The notes beneath the pieces are model-generated. The model was given only the letters and a program-made list of their open reading frames with translations. It searched no databases and was not told where the DNA came from. From Octopus sinensis (lineage: Eukaryota): 64,000 nt of DNA. The translations under genes and the position numbers were made by a program. Each line of letters begins with the position of its first letter. Position 1 is the stretch's first letter. Positions 63,270 through 64,000 of the stretch are shown here, in pieces. The stretch is taken from NCBI RefSeq assembly GCF_006345805.1, contig NC_043000.1, positions 108,562,001 to 108,626,000 on the forward strand. Direction: 5' to 3'.

Positions 63270-63400
63270 CCAATATGAAACCAGTGTAGTCTACTGGTTA
63301 ACATACCAGTGTGGTGCTACATATACTGGATCAACAAAATGAGCAACGCATAAGAGTAATAGTGTAGCACCACAAAATGACCCATCAAGGAAGGTGTTTT
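63270..63400 (+). pseudogene. PLE GIY-YIG endonuclease fragment
   Basis: TSVVYWLTYQCGATYTGSTK resembles the VVY...C...YIG.TK motif. Confidence 0.55.
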
Positions 63401-63420
63401 CACATGAACAAATATTATCA

Positions 63421-63530
63421 ATGTATCATACTAAATGTATATGCCCTGTCAATAGACCAGTTACTGCAGTATTTATTCTGGCTGCAGTAACTGGCCTATT
63501 GACAATGTGTATACTTTAAGTATGATACAT
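63421..63530. other. 110-bp hairpin (49-bp arms, 12-nt loop)
   Basis: atgtatcatact...gtcaatagaccagttactgcag / ctgcagtaactggcctattgac...agtatgatacat. Confidence 0.85.
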
Positions 63531-64000
63531 AGTTGACTATTTTAATTTAATACTGCCCCAATTGTATACTAGATTATTATATACTGTTGTATTAATACCA
63601 GTGTTCTTATCTTGGTTGTTATAGTTACAATACTTTCGTCATTGTACCCTCTGGTCTTCTTCAGATGCTCGTTTTATTTTTTTCAAGCACAGTGTACTCT
63701 AGACTACATTATCCAGTGTATACTTCTATTAAAAACAACACTTGTGATTTGAGGAAGAATTAATTACTATTTCTATCTAGTTAGATGACCATGTAGAGGT
63801 TCTCTTGGTGGCTCATAGCTTTGTTATCAGGTGTTTTGACTTCAAGGCTATTCTAAACTCTCCAAGTGCTTTCACCTGTTGATTTTTATGTTACACAGGT
63901 GTATTTTCCCCTGGCTCTCTTATCCTGTCTCTCTTCCTTCCATCTTTCTCCTCTTCTCTACACTTTTGTCTGTATACCCAATGACGGGCGATGTTCAAAA

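Overview
This is eukaryotic, AT-rich, repeat-saturated DNA. It most resembles an octopod cephalopod genome, inferred from the tRNA-SINE families, the (GAT)n-tailed RTE-X LINE ends and the very long (TA/TATG)n tracts. No complete host gene is recognisable. One 105-nt phase 1-1 exon candidate (53566-53670, +) suggests the window is mostly intron of a + strand gene. Nearly all long ORFs in the track are either microsatellite artefacts or retroelement remnants. Those remnants are RTE/BovB-like LINEs, RTE-X LINEs, R4/Dong-like RLE elements, CR1/L2 fragments and at least five Penelope-like element (PLE) pieces. An internally deleted mariner, several MITE/foldback elements and three SINE families are also present. 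The most notable observations are: (1) a set of type I hammerhead ribozyme motifs in PLE-type terminal repeats, one canonical and intact and several with altered cores but compensatory stem changes; (2) a chimera with an intact 583-codon RTE endonuclease ORF fused to a CR1/L2 3' end; (3) an RTE ending in an array of C2H2 zinc fingers; (4) a same-orientation stack of R4/Dong nuclease ends in (TAA)n; (5) several long foldback elements. All assignments come from reading motifs by eye, with no database search. Boundaries are approximate unless stated otherwise.
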